A stretch of 64,000 bases of DNA from Mustelus asterias (lineage: Eukaryota): positions 186,001 through 250,000 of the forward strand of contig NW_027590159.1 of assembly GCF_964213995.1 (NCBI RefSeq). The letters are read 5' to 3'. The number at the start of each line of letters is the position of its first letter. Positions within the stretch are counted from its first letter, which is position 1. Below are positions 62,495 to 64,000 of this stretch, piece by piece. The notes below the pieces were generated by a model that did no database searches, had not been told where the DNA came from, and saw nothing but the letters and a program-made list of their open reading frames with translations. The position numbers and the translations under genes are program-made.

Positions 62495-62806
62495 GGTGGC
62501 ACAGTGGGACGGCACAGTGGCACATTGGTTAGCACTGCGGCCTCACAGACACCTGGGTTCGATTCACGGCTTGGGTCACTGTCTGTGTTGAGTTTGTACG
62601 TTCTCCCCGTGTTCCCCGGGTCCTGGTTTCCTCCCACAGTCCAAAAATGTGCAGGTGAGGAGGATAGGCCATGCTAAATTGCCCCTTAGTGCCAGGGGAG
62701 CGAGGTAGGTAAATACATGGGGTCATGGGGATAGGGCCTGGGTGGGATTGTTTTCGGTGCAGTCTCGATGGGCCGAATGGCCTCCCTCTTCACTGCATGA
62801 TTCTAG
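62495..62806 (+). mobile_element. HE1-like SINE subtype 1
   Basis: Full head, GGTTCGATTC B-box and CR1-type tail. Confidence 0.88.
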
Positions 62807-62857
62807 GAAGTTAAACCATGCAGGCTTCGCACTCCCTGAACAAGAATGGTCCAAAAG

Positions 62858-62930
62858 TGCTTCTGCCGGGTTTTGATCCGGGAATCATTCACGTGTGAGG
62901 CGAACGTGATAACCATGACATTACATGAAC
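62858..62930 (-). pseudogene. tRNA-Val(CAC) pseudogene
   Basis: GTTCATGTAATGTCATGGTTATCACGTTCGCCTCACACGTGAATGATTCCCGGATCAAAACCCGGCAGAAGCA, 73 nt, collinear with vertebrate tRNA-Val-CAC; B-box damaged (GGATCAAA), acceptor stem mispaired; TTTT just downstream, no CCA. Confidence 0.88.
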
Positions 62931-63196
62931 AGCTGACCGCATATTTTAGTTAATTGGTCTGTCTGCAATGTCCAACTGCGCTGCGCTGCTGCAGGTTCCA
63001 ATGGTTAAACTGAGAGCCCATGTCACTGAATTCAAGAAGAAAACCGGTATTTTCAACCTGATTTCTCAACTTATCTTGAACATCAAAATTTAAAAGCTTT
63101 CGTTTGGCAAATATCTAAGTGAGCACTGATTCTGCCCATTCATTAATGCATCATTTTCATCTTCCTTCGAATAATCTCAACAAATTGTAATCAGTA

Positions 63197-63333
63197 ATAA
63201 AAGTAAATTACTGCGGATGCTGGAATCGGAAACCAAAAGAGAAAATGCTGGAAAATCTCGCAATGTCTGACAGCTCCTGTTAGGAGAGAAAAGGGCTGAG
63301 CTTTCGAGTCCAGATGACATTTTGTGAAAGCTC
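63197..63333. mobile_element. Half copy of Penelope-like family B terminus
   Basis: AAATTACTGCGGATGCTGGAATC.GAAACCAAAAGAGAAAATGCTGGAAAATCTC, matching 25418-25475. Confidence 0.75.
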
Positions 63334-64000
63334 ATTGAGCAATTGTACTCAGTATTTGTTTTATTATTCAATATTTAGGATCAATGCATTATTTAACACA
63401 TATGTCTTCATTATGAATTCAATATCTCTGGAATTGAATATCACTGAATTGCAAACAGAACTGACTAACAGAACGAATCGAATCACCGGGTAATACAGAT
63501 CGCAGTTTTGAGATTGATCATAACCAGCTTTTAAACAAAGTCAACTATGTTTAAATGGAAGTGAGTCAAGAACTACCTGTTCGTGACACTTGAGCCTTTT
63601 TTATTATGGGCGTGAAATATTCAGGCGCATAAATTCCGGCCATTTATAGGAAAGTCCAGTAGATCTGCACTGAGTCCCGATTCCTTCATCAGTCTGAGTG
63701 GTTTTTTTTCTATTTCTTTGTTGTGAAGAACGATTTAAAAAAAGAATCGTCTGGGAAATGAACGCCATTTCTGATAGATCACTTACAATATCACTTGTGT
63801 CAGTCTTCTGGAGCAGACACTACTATTAGATATGTTTCAGACGGTGATTAACCATGTTAGTCTGCACCCATATACCCATTCAATTCTGTTGTAGACTGAA
63901 CGAGATGCGAATATGTGCTCGGTGTCAAAATCGAAACGTTACTTTCCTGTCAGTGCATCAAAAAAAATCAGCATTTCTTATTTTACAGAAAACATTGGAG

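Larger units (their letters stand above)
61780..64000. repeat. Diverged direct repeat (61780-62440 vs 63385-64000) flanking a tRNA pseudogene
   Basis: Shared ATTTAACACA.ATGTC.TCATT.TGAATT.AATATCTCTG, GTCTGAGTG, TCACTTGTGTC.GTCTT, ATGTTTCAGA.GGTGATTAA..TGTTAGTCTGCAC. Confidence 0.88.

Noticed and set aside
62858-62930. Functional tRNA-Val
   Set aside because: T-loop/B-box mutated (GGATCAAA) and acceptor and D stems disrupted.

Overview
Eukaryotic genomic DNA from a cartilaginous fish (shark; species not determinable from sequence alone). It holds one apparently intact immunoglobulin mu (IgM) heavy-chain cluster on the minus strand: promoter, leader (14885-14930), VH (14440-14752), a single free D (14048-14060), JH (13607-13654), a 9.3-kb J-C intron, and CH1-CH4 with secretory tail (4261 to 611). 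The transmembrane exons are not in the window and are expected beyond position 1. Most notable: (i) VH appears pre-joined in the germline to a D1-like stub with a 22-bp-spacer RSS (VD-D-J layout), fixing a Cys in CDR3; (ii) the secretory tailpiece has two prolines, one in the polymer-forming strand and directly after the N-glycan sequon; (iii) a G-rich ~20-bp tandem array with AID hotspots on both strands lies ~1 kb upstream of CH1, at a switch-region-like position; (iv) a second, dead, leaderless VH with no D/J/C lies 11 kb upstream at the start of an old tandem duplicate of the whole VH 5' flank. The rest is repeat-rich: two tRNA-derived SINE families, many CR1 LINE pieces (one young, with a 750-aa open RT frame and TSD), Rex1 and RTE relics, Penelope-like termini with hammerhead-core remnants, satellites, and a tRNA-Val(CAC) pseudogene in a degenerate tandem unit. 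Exon and RSS coordinates were read base by base; repeat boundaries are approximate, and family names come from recalled consensus, not a database search.
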